64,000 nucleotides of DNA from Spirochaetaceae bacterium. Lineage in GTDB: Bacteria > Spirochaetota > Spirochaetia > DSM-2461. The position numbers and the translations under genes are program-made. The stretch lies in assembly GCA_965224705.1 (NCBI GenBank), contig OZ245056.1, forward strand, positions 192,001 to 256,000. The letters run 5' to 3'. Each line of letters begins with the position of its first letter. Within the stretch, counting starts at the first letter, position 1. Positions 41,745 to 52,099 of the stretch are shown here, piece after piece. The notes under the pieces were generated by a model. It worked only from the letters and a program-made list of their open reading frames with translations, did no database searches and was not told the origin of the DNA.

Positions 41745-42065
41745 TGAGGAAAGGAAACGGCGTAAACAGCTTGTGCTGCAGAAGCTCGCAGATTACCATC
41801 CCGTGCAGGCTCCAAACGATGTGTGAACGGTTGATTTTAAATGCTGGTGGTATGCTAAAGACCGTCCCGCTGTGAGCCATTGACAGTCAGAGATGAGCTG
41901 TTTTATTCTGGAAGCGGTGATTTTGCCTTCCCCCCGCATAGAAGATGTTTAAATGACCTTTGAGAGGGTTTTTAAGCTGTATGGACTGCCCGGAGTCATC
42001 AAAAGTGATAATGGAAGTCCCTTTGCCAACGCTCGTTCAGTCCGAGGCCTCACACGCCTTTCTTA
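41745..42065 (+). pseudogene. IS481/IS3-type (rve integrase core) transposase remnant
   Basis: APNDV*TVDFK.WW...CEPLTVRD...FERVFKLYGLPGVIKSDNGSPFA...GLTRLS with a stop and frameshifts. Confidence 0.8.
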
Positions 42066-42214
42066 CAGCTGTGGCGCAGGGAATTCAACACCGTCAGGCC
42101 TCATGAAAGGTCATGTCGGCAGTTGTGGCATGGACAAGCTAAAAAGGCATATTTGCCGTGTTTTACTCGGCTTAATCCATTCACTACTGCATATTTCTGA
42201 TTTAAGATAACAGC

Positions 42215-43342
42215 ATGACAGGCGCCGATAATTATAATATTCAGGACATTATGTCCCATTTTGATCTACTGGGTGATTTTACCGATGCCGCTCCCTATGG
42301 GAACGGACATATAAACGATACCTTCGCAGTGAACTACCTGCAGGCCGGAGTTGAGATTCGCTATATTCTGCAGCGTATAAACGGTTTCGTATTCAAGGAA
42401 CCCGAGAAGCTGATGGAGAACGTAGGGCGGATATGTGATGAACTGCAGCGCCAGCTGAAGGCCGACGGCGTTCCTGATCCGTCGAGGCGCGCACTTACCA
42501 ATGTCAATGAGTTGTCGGGCCTTCCGTATTATAAGGATCCGGACGGAAACGTCTGGCGCGTCTATCTGTTTATAGAAGGCGCCGTGGGGTTCGATATAAT
42601 CGAAAATGAAGAGCAGGCTTATCAGGCCGCCGCCGCCTTCGGCGAGTTTCAGAAGCTCCTGACCAATATACCGGGTGGAAGACTGCATGAAACGATACCC
42701 GGATTCCATGATACGCCTAAGCGATTTGGAAGGTTCAGGGAGGTTCTTCTCCTGGACGCTGGGGGCCGGGCGGAGTCGGCAGGCTCCGAGATCGACTTCT
42801 TTCTGTCGTATGAATCACAAGTCGGCAGGCTTCTTGATCTGCATCGGCAGGGACTAATTCCGGAACGGGTAACTCATAACGATACGAAGCTGAACAATGT
42901 GTTGATTGATCTTAAAACCCATGAAGCGGTTTGCGTTATAGATCTCGATACCTCAATGCCGGGGCTCGCGCCCTATGATTTTGGTGACCTTGTCCGTACC
43001 TCGACTACTTCAACTGCCGAAGACGAGACAGATCTCTCGAAGATTGTATTCCTTCCCGAAATGTTCAAGGCTACAATTCGGGGATATCTCTCTACTGCGG
43101 GAGACTTTCTCACGAAGGCCGAACTTGATAACCTCGTGTTCGGCGGAATCCTGATGACTTATGAGGTCGGATTGAGATTTTTGACCGATTACCTCAAAGG
43201 CGATGTCTACTTCAAGACGGCCTACTCCGAACATAACCTTATCCGCTGCCGGACTCAAATGACTCTCGTGAAATTGATGGAAGAGAATCGTGATTCACTT
43301 GAGAAATATGCACTGGAGGAGTACAACCGACTGTCGTCATGA
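42215..43342 (+). CDS. Phosphotransferase-family sugar kinase (N-acetylhexosamine 1-kinase-like)
   Basis: GNGHINDTF, LQRIN, ETIPGFHDTPKR, HNDTKLNN, IDLDT, DFGD, RFLTDYL. Confidence 0.82.
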   Translation: MTGADNYNIQDIMSHFDLLGDFTDAAPYGNGHINDTFAVNYLQAGVEIRYILQRINGFVFKEPEKLMENVGRICDELQRQLKADGVPDPSRRALTNVNELSGLPYYKDPDGNVWRVYLFIEGAVGFDIIENEEQAYQAAAAFGEFQKLLTNIPGGRLHETIPGFHDTPKRFGRFREVLLLDAGGRAESAGSEIDFFLSYESQVGRLLDLHRQGLIPERVTHNDTKLNNVLIDLKTHEAVCVIDLDTSMPGLAPYDFGDLVRTSTTSTAEDETDLSKIVFLPEMFKATIRGYLSTAGDFLTKAELDNLVFGGILMTYEVGLRFLTDYLKGDVYFKTAYSEHNLIRCRTQMTLVKLMEENRDSLEKYALEEYNRLSS

Positions 43343-44251
43343 TTCTCTCCAGCCCTCGCTCTTGAGCTTTATCGATGACGAGTACTCCGAGGGAGTAAAT
43401 CCGGTAAAACGCTTGAACATCTTTGAGAAATACTGCTGGGATGAAAATCCCAGAATATCACAGATCTGAGTAAAATTATATTTCCCCTCGCGTATAAGCT
43501 GTTTAGCTTTTTCAAGCTTCACTCTTTTGTAATACTCCATGACGCTGTGGCCCGTTCTTTCCCGGAACACCTGATATAGATATGAACGACTGTATCCAAT
43601 CGAGCCGCAGATGTCGTCGAGGTGAAATTCCGCGGACATATTATTTTCGAGGAAGTTGACAACCCTATTGAAGGCCCACTCTTTCGTTCGCTGGTTAATC
43701 GAACTCGAGATCTTGTCTCTCGTCGAAATATCGGTGCCGCGTCTTATCAGCCTTACCAGCATCTCCTCAAGATAGAGCAGAATCATATTCTCGCATCCGA
43801 ACGGAGCCGCCTCCCGCCGCACAAGTCCCTGGCTCAGGGGATCGTCGAGCGGTGAGCTGAACGCGCGTCCGGCCTCATGGATAATCTGCGCAAGCAGGGT
43901 ATGTTCCTGTTCGGCAATCCTCAGTATCTTTTCGGAAAACCAGGCGGCTGCGGGGCTCCGGCAGCTGTAGGATACCACAACGAGGTTGGGGGCGGTTTCG
44001 CCGTTTGCTCGCAGTCTGTGAAATTCTCCCGGCTGGTGAAATATCAGATCTCCCTTGAAGAGGGTGTGGTGTTTTTTATCGGTGAATACCTCGACTAAGC
44101 CGTTATCCACATAGAGCAGTTCCCAGAAATTATGGGCTTCGCCGGGGAAGTAGAAGTCCTTCGTATACTCGAAGTAGTGGATCGTATATATTTGATCGAC
44201 TGCGATTTCCTTCTTCATCGTGGTTCCATAATATTTGGGATTCTCCCTCAT
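43337..44251 (-). CDS. AraC-family regulator with cupin domain
   Basis: GEAHNFWELLYVD; C-terminal HTH with GFSSQQYFSKMFKRFTGFTPSEY; alternative start at 44218. Confidence 0.92.
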   Translation of the reverse strand: MRENPKYYGTTMKKEIAVDQIYTIHYFEYTKDFYFPGEAHNFWELLYVDNGLVEVFTDKKHHTLFKGDLIFHQPGEFHRLRANGETAPNLVVVSYSCRSPAAAWFSEKILRIAEQEHTLLAQIIHEAGRAFSSPLDDPLSQGLVRREAAPFGCENMILLYLEEMLVRLIRRGTDISTRDKISSSINQRTKEWAFNRVVNFLENNMSAEFHLDDICGSIGYSRSYLYQVFRERTGHSVMEYYKRVKLEKAKQLIREGKYNFTQICDILGFSSQQYFSKMFKRFTGFTPSEYSSSIKLKSEGWRES

Positions 44252-44398
44252 TGATACAGAATAGTTCTAAAGTACCGTAAAAACAAGCAAAAAAAATAAC
44301 CGTATAGACCAAAAGATAGGGATTCTATAACTCTAACCCATGCTATACTTTTTCAGTGAGCAGTTGTGCTCAAGGAACATTTATATAAGGAGTGTTTA

Positions 44399-45676
44399 AT
44401 GAAAAGGATAGTCCTATTACTGATTATCGCGGCAGTATTAATTCCGTCGATGCCGTTATTCGCTAAAGGCGAGCAGGAAGCTGGCGAATCTGTTAATCTT
44501 GTATACTGGTCGATGTGGAACGAAACAGAACCGCAGGCCATGGTACTCAAAAAAGCAATCAAGGATTTCGAAGACAAGAACCCCGGCGTCAGAGTGGACG
44601 TGCAGTGGAACGGTCGTGAGATCAGAAAAACTCTGCAGCCTGCACTTGATGCAGGAACGAAGATCGATATCTGGGATGAGGATCTTGAGCGTATCGTCAA
44701 GACATGGCAGAGCTATGCAGTCAGCATGGATTCATACTACGACAACACATACCCGACTACCGGCGGGAAGGCTTTCAAAGATACGGTTATGGGTTCGCTC
44801 CAGGCGCTGCTGAAGAGTTTCTCCTCCGACGGAAGTCTCTATGCGGTTCCCTATCAGCCGATGGTTCTCGTAACATTTTACAACAAGGATCATTTCAGGA
44901 AGGCAGGCATCACAAAACCTCCGACTACCTGGGATGAGTTCCTCGACGTCTGTGAAAAACTGAAATCAGCCGGATTTATCCCGATGACCCTCGACGACGC
45001 CTACATGGAGCTTCCACTCGGCATGCACCTGAACAGAGTCTTCGGAAACTATCAGGATGTTGAGGCTCTCGCAAAAGACAAGACCGGCAAACTCTGGGAC
45101 GACCCCCGGGTCCTTGAAGCTGCAAAGGCCTTTGAATCTCTTGCAAGCAGAGGTTATATCTCACCCCAGCTTGAATCGAACAAATGGCCTGCAGGTCAGC
45201 AGGAAGTTGCGACCGATCAGGTTTCAATGTATATGCTCAACGGCACCTGGCTTCCCAATGAAGTAAAGGGCACCACCGGCCCGGATTTTCCGTGGGGACA
45301 GTTTGCATGGCCGGTTGTTGATTCTGCAATCGGTTCGGACGCAGGTACCTACGGTGCACAGGGTTTTCAGATTAGCAAGGACTGTGCTAATCCCGATGCT
45401 GCATTTGCTCTTCTTGCCCACCTGACAACAGGAAACTGGGACAAGGAAATGGCTGCGAACACTCTGGGTGCTCCGATGGACACATCCATGCCGTGGCCGG
45501 AAGCAATTGCCGACTGTAAGGTTGTCTTCGAAGGACTCAAATCATGGGTACCCTGGAGCGGCGGTCTTGCTGCCGACACCGACGCCTTCCCCGTCATTAA
45601 GGCGGAATACACGGCTCTTCTTGCCGGAACGATTACTGCTGAAGAATTTGTTGAAAACATCAAAGCCAAGCTATAA
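44399..45676 (+). CDS. Carbohydrate ABC transporter substrate-binding protein
   Basis: AAGGAG SD, signal peptide ...LFAKGEQE, YAVPY, FYNKD, PTTWDEFL. Confidence 0.92.
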   Translation: MKRIVLLLIIAAVLIPSMPLFAKGEQEAGESVNLVYWSMWNETEPQAMVLKKAIKDFEDKNPGVRVDVQWNGREIRKTLQPALDAGTKIDIWDEDLERIVKTWQSYAVSMDSYYDNTYPTTGGKAFKDTVMGSLQALLKSFSSDGSLYAVPYQPMVLVTFYNKDHFRKAGITKPPTTWDEFLDVCEKLKSAGFIPMTLDDAYMELPLGMHLNRVFGNYQDVEALAKDKTGKLWDDPRVLEAAKAFESLASRGYISPQLESNKWPAGQQEVATDQVSMYMLNGTWLPNEVKGTTGPDFPWGQFAWPVVDSAIGSDAGTYGAQGFQISKDCANPDAAFALLAHLTTGNWDKEMAANTLGAPMDTSMPWPEAIADCKVVFEGLKSWVPWSGGLAADTDAFPVIKAEYTALLAGTITAEEFVENIKAKL

Positions 45677-45690
45677 TATCTGACCAATCG

Positions 45691-45719
45691 GCCCTCCCTC
45701 ATTGAGGGAGGGCTTTTTT
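45691..45719 (+). terminator. Stem-loop with U tract after the SBP gene
   Basis: gccctccctc-att-gagggagggc followed by tttttt. Confidence 0.75.
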
Positions 45720-45746
45720 CTTATTCCATTCATCAGGATTATTTTT

Positions 45747-46661
45747 ATGAAACGAAATAGAACAATGATGATTACCTTCCTGACTCCGGCTCTTGTATGT
45801 TTTGCAATTGTCTTTCTGTATCCGATTACTCGTACTGTTTTCATGAGCTTTTTCTATGTTCAAACGGTAACGGACGGGTTGGGGAAGTGGGAATTTGTCG
45901 CTCTGAGCAATTACGCGAAACTTTTTGAAAGTCCCATGTTTATTCAGTCTCTGAAAAATATTTTTAGTATCTGGCTGTGGGGCGGAATCGGAGTATTCAT
46001 CACGGCAGTTTTTTTCTCGGTGCTGCTGACATCCGGCTTCAAGGGAAAGTCGTTCTATCGGGCGGCGATCTATCTTCCAAACGTAGTTTCAGCAGTCGCA
46101 ATGGCTACGATGTGGATACAGTATGCCTTTAACAGTAAATATGGCTTATTTCATTCGGTTTTTGAATTTCTAGGTATGGAAAAACTGGCGGCCTTCCCCT
46201 GGACGAGCCCCGAGAATCAGTTTGTCGCAATGACGATTGCATACTGTTTCGGTATGGTCGGTTATTTCGTACTGATATTCATGGCTGGTATCGAGAAGAT
46301 TCCAACCGACTATTATGAAGCCGCAACGATCGAGGGTGCCAACATCTTTAAAAGTTTTACTCATATAACTATCCCGTTAATCCAGGGAGTAATGAGGACT
46401 GCAATCGTCATGTGGTCGGTCGGTTGTATCGCCTTCTTCATCTGGTCGATGATGTTCTCGCCGCTGGATCCGGACGTAGGCACCATTACTCCGATGGTTT
46501 ACATGTATAATCTTGTATTCGGGCGGAATCTGACACCGACTGATCCGAGACTTCTTAACGCCGGCGCAGGTGCGGCCGTAGGCGTCCTGATGACTGTACT
46601 GACGATATTCGTATTCGGGATTGTAAACCTCGTCTTCAAAGATAAAAAGCTACAGTATTAG
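45747..46661 (+). CDS. Carbohydrate ABC permease
   Basis: YYEAATIEGA (EAA loop), multiple TMs. Confidence 0.92.
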   Translation: MKRNRTMMITFLTPALVCFAIVFLYPITRTVFMSFFYVQTVTDGLGKWEFVALSNYAKLFESPMFIQSLKNIFSIWLWGGIGVFITAVFFSVLLTSGFKGKSFYRAAIYLPNVVSAVAMATMWIQYAFNSKYGLFHSVFEFLGMEKLAAFPWTSPENQFVAMTIAYCFGMVGYFVLIFMAGIEKIPTDYYEAATIEGANIFKSFTHITIPLIQGVMRTAIVMWSVGCIAFFIWSMMFSPLDPDVGTITPMVYMYNLVFGRNLTPTDPRLLNAGAGAAVGVLMTVLTIFVFGIVNLVFKDKKLQY

Positions 46662-46668
46662 AGAATGG

Positions 46669-47529
46669 GTGAGTAAAATGGTTACCAGTAAATCGACACT
46701 TAATAAATACACTCTGAGAAAGATTCCCGGTTATATATTACTGAACCTCTGGGTTCTTTTTACTGCTGTTCTGATCGGCTGGATCGTTGTGGCCTCTTTA
46801 TCATCGACCAGAGAAATCTTCACCAATACGCTGCTGGAATCCGGACTGCATTTTGAGAATTATGTCAATGCGTTTACTACTCATCATGTAGGTCAGTATC
46901 TGCTCAACAGTATAATCTATACGCTGACCGGAAGCGTCGGTATAATCGTCATAGCCGCTCCATGCGCCTATGTTCTGGCGAGGTATCCGTTTCGCGGCAA
47001 TAAACTCATTCAGAATATGTTCGTCGGTTCGCTGGGCGTCCCGCAGATAATGATTATTCTCCCGCTGTTTTTTCTTGCGTCGATTACGAAGCTTACCAAC
47101 TCGAGAACGCTGCTGATTTTTCTGTATATTGCAATGAATGTACCGTTTACGGTATTTTTCCTGATCAGTTTTTTTGCTACTCTCCCTACTTCCTTTGAAG
47201 AGGCGGCCGCTATAGACGGATGTTCGCCGATCAAAACTTTCTGGACTATCATGTTTCCGCTGGCGCAGCCCGGAATAATCACGGTCGGGATTTTCAATTT
47301 CATCGTGCTCTGGAACGAGTTTTTCATTGCGCTGATCTTCGCAAATACCTCTGAACTGAGACCGCTTGCCGTCGGTTTGTACACCATGGTTCAATCCATG
47401 CGGTATATCGGTGACTGGGCAGGGATGTTTGCGGCGGTCGTTATTGTTTTCGTTCCGACGTTCATTCTCTACCTCTTCCTGTCTCAGAAGATAATCGCAG
47501 GCGTGACCGGTGGGGCAATAAAAGAATAA
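46669..47529 (+). CDS. Carbohydrate ABC permease
   Basis: FEEAAAIDGC, WNEF, GAIKE. Confidence 0.93.
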   Translation: MSKMVTSKSTLNKYTLRKIPGYILLNLWVLFTAVLIGWIVVASLSSTREIFTNTLLESGLHFENYVNAFTTHHVGQYLLNSIIYTLTGSVGIIVIAAPCAYVLARYPFRGNKLIQNMFVGSLGVPQIMIILPLFFLASITKLTNSRTLLIFLYIAMNVPFTVFFLISFFATLPTSFEEAAAIDGCSPIKTFWTIMFPLAQPGIITVGIFNFIVLWNEFFIALIFANTSELRPLAVGLYTMVQSMRYIGDWAGMFAAVVIVFVPTFILYLFLSQKIIAGVTGGAIKE

Positions 47530-47533
47530 GAAT

Positions 47534-49555
47534 ATGAAGGCATATATCGAGACTCTGAATATAACCGGCTCGCTGCCGGGCGGTGAAAATCCGCTCCCGG
47601 CATTGAGGAGCTTCGAAACCGAGAAACCGCTGTCTTATGACGACAGTTTTCTCAAAGAAGATAAGGTGCTCTTCGGAGCCGAAACAGGATTCAGGATTCT
47701 GCCCTACCGGATGCAGGATGTTTACGGTAGAGATCGAACGCAGCTTGAGCTGAAATCAATTATTCTTGAGAATGAACACCTTCAGGCGGTCTTCCTTCCG
47801 GAATACGGCGGACGTCTATCCTCGTTGACCGAGAAAGATTCCGGACGTGAACTGCTCTTTAAGAATCCGGTGTTCCAGCCCGCCAACCTCGCTCAGCGCG
47901 ATGCCTGGTACTCCGGGGGTATCGAATGGAATATCGGGCGGTTCGGCCATACGGTCTTCACATGCTCACCTTTGTTTTTTGCTAAATTGATTGATGACGA
48001 CGGCAATGAGTTTCTGCGCGCCTGGGAGTATGAGAGAGTCAACCGGACCTTCTTCTCTATGGATTTTCATTTGCCCGGCGGGGCGAAGCAGCTTGCCGTT
48101 CATGTTCGTATAATAAACGACAATCCTCATGAAGTTCCGATGTACTGGTGGACGAATACGGCCGTGCGTGAAGAGAAAAATGTCAGGATTCTGAGTTCAA
48201 CAGAAGACGTCCTCTACATTAAACCTGAATCAAACCGGAAACAGAACAGTATACATGAGTTCGGCCGCGGTACAATGACCGATCTGGGTTCGCTGCCAGG
48301 GAAGGATCCGTCCTACCCCCAGCAGTTTGACTTCTCGTCGGAGTATTTCTTTCAGACTCAGCCTGACAAAGCCTGCCCCTGGGAGGCCGCAGCCTATGAC
48401 GACGGCTTTACTTTTTTCGAAAAATCGACAGCGATGCTGCGATATCGAAAGATGTTCTGCTGGGGAATGCATAAGGGCGGCCGGCATTGGTGCGATTACC
48501 TCTCGGAGCCCGGAAAAGGCGACTACCTCGAAATACAGGCGGGGCTCGCGCCGTCGCAGGTTCACGGTCTCATGATGCCCGGCGCATCCGAATGGAGTTT
48601 CACCGAATTCTTCGGTGCCTTTGATGCCGATCCGGGCAGGGTGTCCGGAGATTGGGATGATTCGAGCAGATACATTGAGTCGGTAATCGACGGGCTTCTT
48701 CCCGACCGGGAACTTGAGCTGCTCGACGAAGGTTATCGGAAATATTCCGTGCGGACTCCTATAGAACTGCTGCATTCCGGCTCCGGCTGGGGCGCCCTTG
48801 AAGCCCGTCGTCGTGAGGCCGACGATGACGACAGGAAAATGCCGACAGGACTGCTGTTCGAAAATGAACAGATGGAATCGGAGCAGTCTCCCTGGTTGGG
48901 GCTGCTGAACGGTAAGCCGCTGACGGAGTTAACGTCGTGGATGACTGATCCGAACTGGGAGGCCCGTCTGCAGCAGGTGGCCGATTCGGATTCGGAGAAC
49001 CCTCTGCCGCTGCTCCATCTCGGACTGCTTTATCATGAGGAGGGCAGGACCGACGACGCACTCAGGCTGTGGATCGATTCGCTGCGTCGTGAAGATACTG
49101 CGCTTGCACGACGGAATATAGCGATGCTGCAATACGGCCGCGGCAATACGGCAGAGGCCGTTGAATCGCTGCGGCGAGCGTTTGAACTCGAGCAGCCCGA
49201 ACCTTCTGCGGCTCTGACCGTCGAACTCATCGGCATGCTGTGCAAAACCGGCGGACACGCCGGGGCCTGGGAACTGTTTGAAGACCTGCCTGATGAGACT
49301 AAGACGGATGAAAAAATCGCAGTCGCCGCAGCCGAGGCTGCCTCCGAACTCGGGAACGACGATTATCTTCATGATGTATTCGGCCGTCCGCTGGCCTACA
49401 TAAAGGAAGGTGAGACGAAGTTAGTTGAATACTGGTACCGGATGCAGGCGCGGCGGATCGCTGCAGAGAAGGGGGTAGACGCTGGCGACGCCGAGTTTGA
49501 GGAGGCCCGTAAAAACTGTCCTCCGCCCGCAGCGATTGATTTCATGATGGTTTAG
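47534..49555 (+). CDS. DUF5107-domain protein with TPR-like C-terminus
   Basis: LENEHLQAVFLPEYGGR, GGIEWN, MYWWTN, YLEIQAGL. Confidence 0.8.
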   Translation: MKAYIETLNITGSLPGGENPLPALRSFETEKPLSYDDSFLKEDKVLFGAETGFRILPYRMQDVYGRDRTQLELKSIILENEHLQAVFLPEYGGRLSSLTEKDSGRELLFKNPVFQPANLAQRDAWYSGGIEWNIGRFGHTVFTCSPLFFAKLIDDDGNEFLRAWEYERVNRTFFSMDFHLPGGAKQLAVHVRIINDNPHEVPMYWWTNTAVREEKNVRILSSTEDVLYIKPESNRKQNSIHEFGRGTMTDLGSLPGKDPSYPQQFDFSSEYFFQTQPDKACPWEAAAYDDGFTFFEKSTAMLRYRKMFCWGMHKGGRHWCDYLSEPGKGDYLEIQAGLAPSQVHGLMMPGASEWSFTEFFGAFDADPGRVSGDWDDSSRYIESVIDGLLPDRELELLDEGYRKYSVRTPIELLHSGSGWGALEARRREADDDDRKMPTGLLFENEQMESEQSPWLGLLNGKPLTELTSWMTDPNWEARLQQVADSDSENPLPLLHLGLLYHEEGRTDDALRLWIDSLRREDTALARRNIAMLQYGRGNTAEAVESLRRAFELEQPEPSAALTVELIGMLCKTGGHAGAWELFEDLPDETKTDEKIAVAAAEAASELGNDDYLHDVFGRPLAYIKEGETKLVEYWYRMQARRIAAEKGVDAGDAEFEEARKNCPPPAAIDFMMV

Positions 49556-49559
49556 AACC

Positions 49560-50025
49560 CCAGACGTTCCGACGGTCGGTCCATCGGTAGGAGTATCTGC
49601 TCAGGATGTAAATACTGACGCCGGGTAGCCGGATATCTTCACGGTTCCGGCTGTGCTCGACCATTATGCTGCGGCTTATCGGCTTGAGGGCCTGATTCCA
49701 GATGCGTCTCGCTGCCGTTGGGGAGGATGGATCTGATGCCCTGTTCCACATGATACCCGAAAGAGCCCATAGAGATTTGTCCAGTACACTTCAACATCAA
49801 TGATCTTCAATTCCTTCTCCATATATTCGGGAGTATTCTTCTGACAGTGCTATTTGCCCGGTCGAAGTTCACAGTCCAGCATATACCCCCTGTACGGGTC
49901 AAAGTTTCTGTGGTAGTATCTATCTTCATAGGGCTCACCTCCTGGGTAAATTGGATTTTCGATATTAATTCACTATATCACAGAAGATTGAGCCTTTGTT
50001 TTTTACTTTTTCATACGGATTCAGG
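49560..50025 (-). mobile_element. IS1380-like remnant: left end and degraded transposase 5' part
   Basis: End sequence cctgaatccgtat (rc at 50013-50025); AGGAGG SD + MKIDTTTETLTRTGG; later PSSPT motif; stops and frameshifts. Confidence 0.55.
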
Positions 50026-50057
50026 ATAGGTCATAAACATTCCCGTGGAAGATCTAA

Positions 50058-51178
50058 GTGGAAAAACAGTACCATTTAAGACTTGATGAAGCTGTTATGA
50101 ATCAGGTCAAAATAACCGCCGCTTTACAGGATATGACCGTGAAGAAGTATACCTCTTATGTCTCCGAAGTCGCCGAAGCCACATCTGAATACGGGATTTG
50201 TGCTTTTCGTTTTATTGACCTTTTTGCGGGAATTGGGGGCTTGAGAATCGCTTTTGAAAGAGCAGGGGGGAAATGCGTATTTTCTTCTGAATACAATAAA
50301 TTTTCCAAGGAGACCTATGCCGCCAATTTTCTGGAAATGCCGAAAGGTGATATTACCCAGATTCACGAAAAACTTATACCGGACCACGACCTTCTTGTCG
50401 CCGGTTTCCCCTGCCAACCCTTTTCCATCGCCGGAGTGTCAAAGAAAAAAAGTCTGGGTAAATCCCGCGGATTTCTTGATAAAACACAGGGAACACTGTT
50501 TTTTGATATAGTAAGAATTCTACGACATAAAAGACCGTTGGCTTTCCTGTTGGAGAATGTTAAAAATCTCACATCCCACGATAAGGGAAACACCTTTCAG
50601 ATTATAAGCGAAACGCTTCACAATCTTGGTTATGAGATGTTTTATCAGGTTCTTGAGGTAAGTATTACACACCCCAGCACCGGGAGCGGATTTTTATCGC
50701 TGGGTTTGATAGAATGATATACGGAAATAACATCCCTTTCGTTTTTCCCGATATACCCCAAACGACTCCCAGGCTGAAAGATATTCTGGAAAAGAAAGTA
50801 GACCCCAAATATACATTGACTGATCATTTATGGGACTATCTACAAAGATACGCCAAAGAACATAAAAAGAAAGGGAACGGTTTTGGATTTGGTGTGGCCA
50901 ATTTAAACGGGATCACGAGAACATTGAGCGCAAGATATTATAAAGATGGATCGGAGATACTCATTCCACAAAAAGATAAAAATCCCCGAAGACTGACACC
51001 GAGAGAATGCGCCCGATTGCAGGGATTTTCTGATGATTTTAAAATTGTAGTCTCCGACACGCAGGCGTATCGGCAGTTCGGCAATTCCGTTGTCGTACCG
51101 CTTGCATGTGAAGTTGCAGAGAAGATAGTCAACGTCATGGATATGGGAAATGCTCATACAGGGGTGGTTTCACTATGA
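50058..51178 (+). pseudogene. C5-cytosine DNA methyltransferase (Dcm/EcoRII-like), 1-nt deletion at ~50657
   Basis: [24 protein letters not shown]; restoring one base gives [20 protein letters not shown], then [35 protein letters not shown]. Confidence 0.9.
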
Positions 51179-51251
51179 AATCAAGCGCGGGAACTATTAT
51201 TAAAAAGTGTATTTTGAACACGTTTATTGAATTCACAGAACAAAAAACGGC

Positions 51252-51935
51252 ATGACCACCGTTCAGGATCAGCTCATCGAGAACCATCCTCTGTACTTGA
51301 GAGATTTCATCTGGCGGCATGATATAACACCATACAGGATTTTAATAGCTGAATTCATGCTCCACAGAACGAAAGCGGAACAGGTTGAACCGGTCTATAG
51401 AGAATTCCTGAAAACGTATCCTGATGTTGAAAGTCTTTCACAGGTTTCCATTAAAGATATCTCATCAGTGACACAAAATCTTGGTCTGCATTGGCGTGCT
51501 CAACACTTTCGGGATGCGGCTATATATATCAGAGATGAATGGGATGGCATTATTCCTGATGAAAGAAAAAAACTTCTAAAGATTCCCGGTGTCGGTGATT
51601 ATGCAGCTGGAGCAATTTTGACGATCTGTTTTAAAAAACGTGAATATGTTATCGACAGTAATATTGCCCGTTTTATTAACCGTTATTTTGATTTGAACCT
51701 TTCCGGAGAGATAAGACGATTGAAAATTATCAGGGAACATGCTGTTGATCTTTTTAATTATAGAGACACAAGTGGGTTTTTATTTGCCCTGCTAGATTTT
51801 TGCGCTCTGATTTGCAAACCGATAAGTCCGATCTGTGCGAATTGTCCTGTGAAATCAGAGTGTCGCTTTAATATTTACAGGATTATGGATAACGATGCAG
51901 AATTGTATGCGGCGGAGAGGGGTAATATGACCTGA
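51252..51935 (+). CDS. HhH-GPD DNA glycosylase with [4Fe-4S] cluster, Mig-like T:G mismatch type
   Basis: PYRILIAEFMLHRT, IPGVGDYAAGA, VIDSN, CKPISPICANCPVKSEC; no MutY C-terminal domain. Confidence 0.8.
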   Translation: MTTVQDQLIENHPLYLRDFIWRHDITPYRILIAEFMLHRTKAEQVEPVYREFLKTYPDVESLSQVSIKDISSVTQNLGLHWRAQHFRDAAIYIRDEWDGIIPDERKKLLKIPGVGDYAAGAILTICFKKREYVIDSNIARFINRYFDLNLSGEIRRLKIIREHAVDLFNYRDTSGFLFALLDFCALICKPISPICANCPVKSECRFNIYRIMDNDAELYAAERGNMT

Positions 51936-52090
51936 ATCCGTATAAAGAAGGTGTACTGTGGAAATGATGCTTATGCCACTCTTTTACCTGTATTCTGGGA
52001 GCCTGGCGGAGAGGTATTTGATGGGCTGGGTATAGTCACCGTCCGTACCTTTTCTGTCCTGGATCTTCGTATTGTATCTTCAATTCATCG
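51931..52090 (-). mobile_element. IS1380-like remnant: right end and transposase 3' traces
   Basis: cctgaatccgtat at 51931-51943, inverted to 50013-50025; minus-strand fragments KVRTV and QPIKYLSARL. Confidence 0.5.
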
Positions 52091-52099
52091 AGAAATTTT

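Noticed and set aside
33194..41815. Short ORFs in the array spacers (RRGRRERR, TAEDAESAE, TEARRARR peptides)
   Set aside because: Translations of palindromic repeats; frames and lengths are inconsistent between copies
51252..51935. Calling the glycosylase mutY
   Set aside because: Lacks MutY-specific QQT and LGYY motifs and the C-terminal domain
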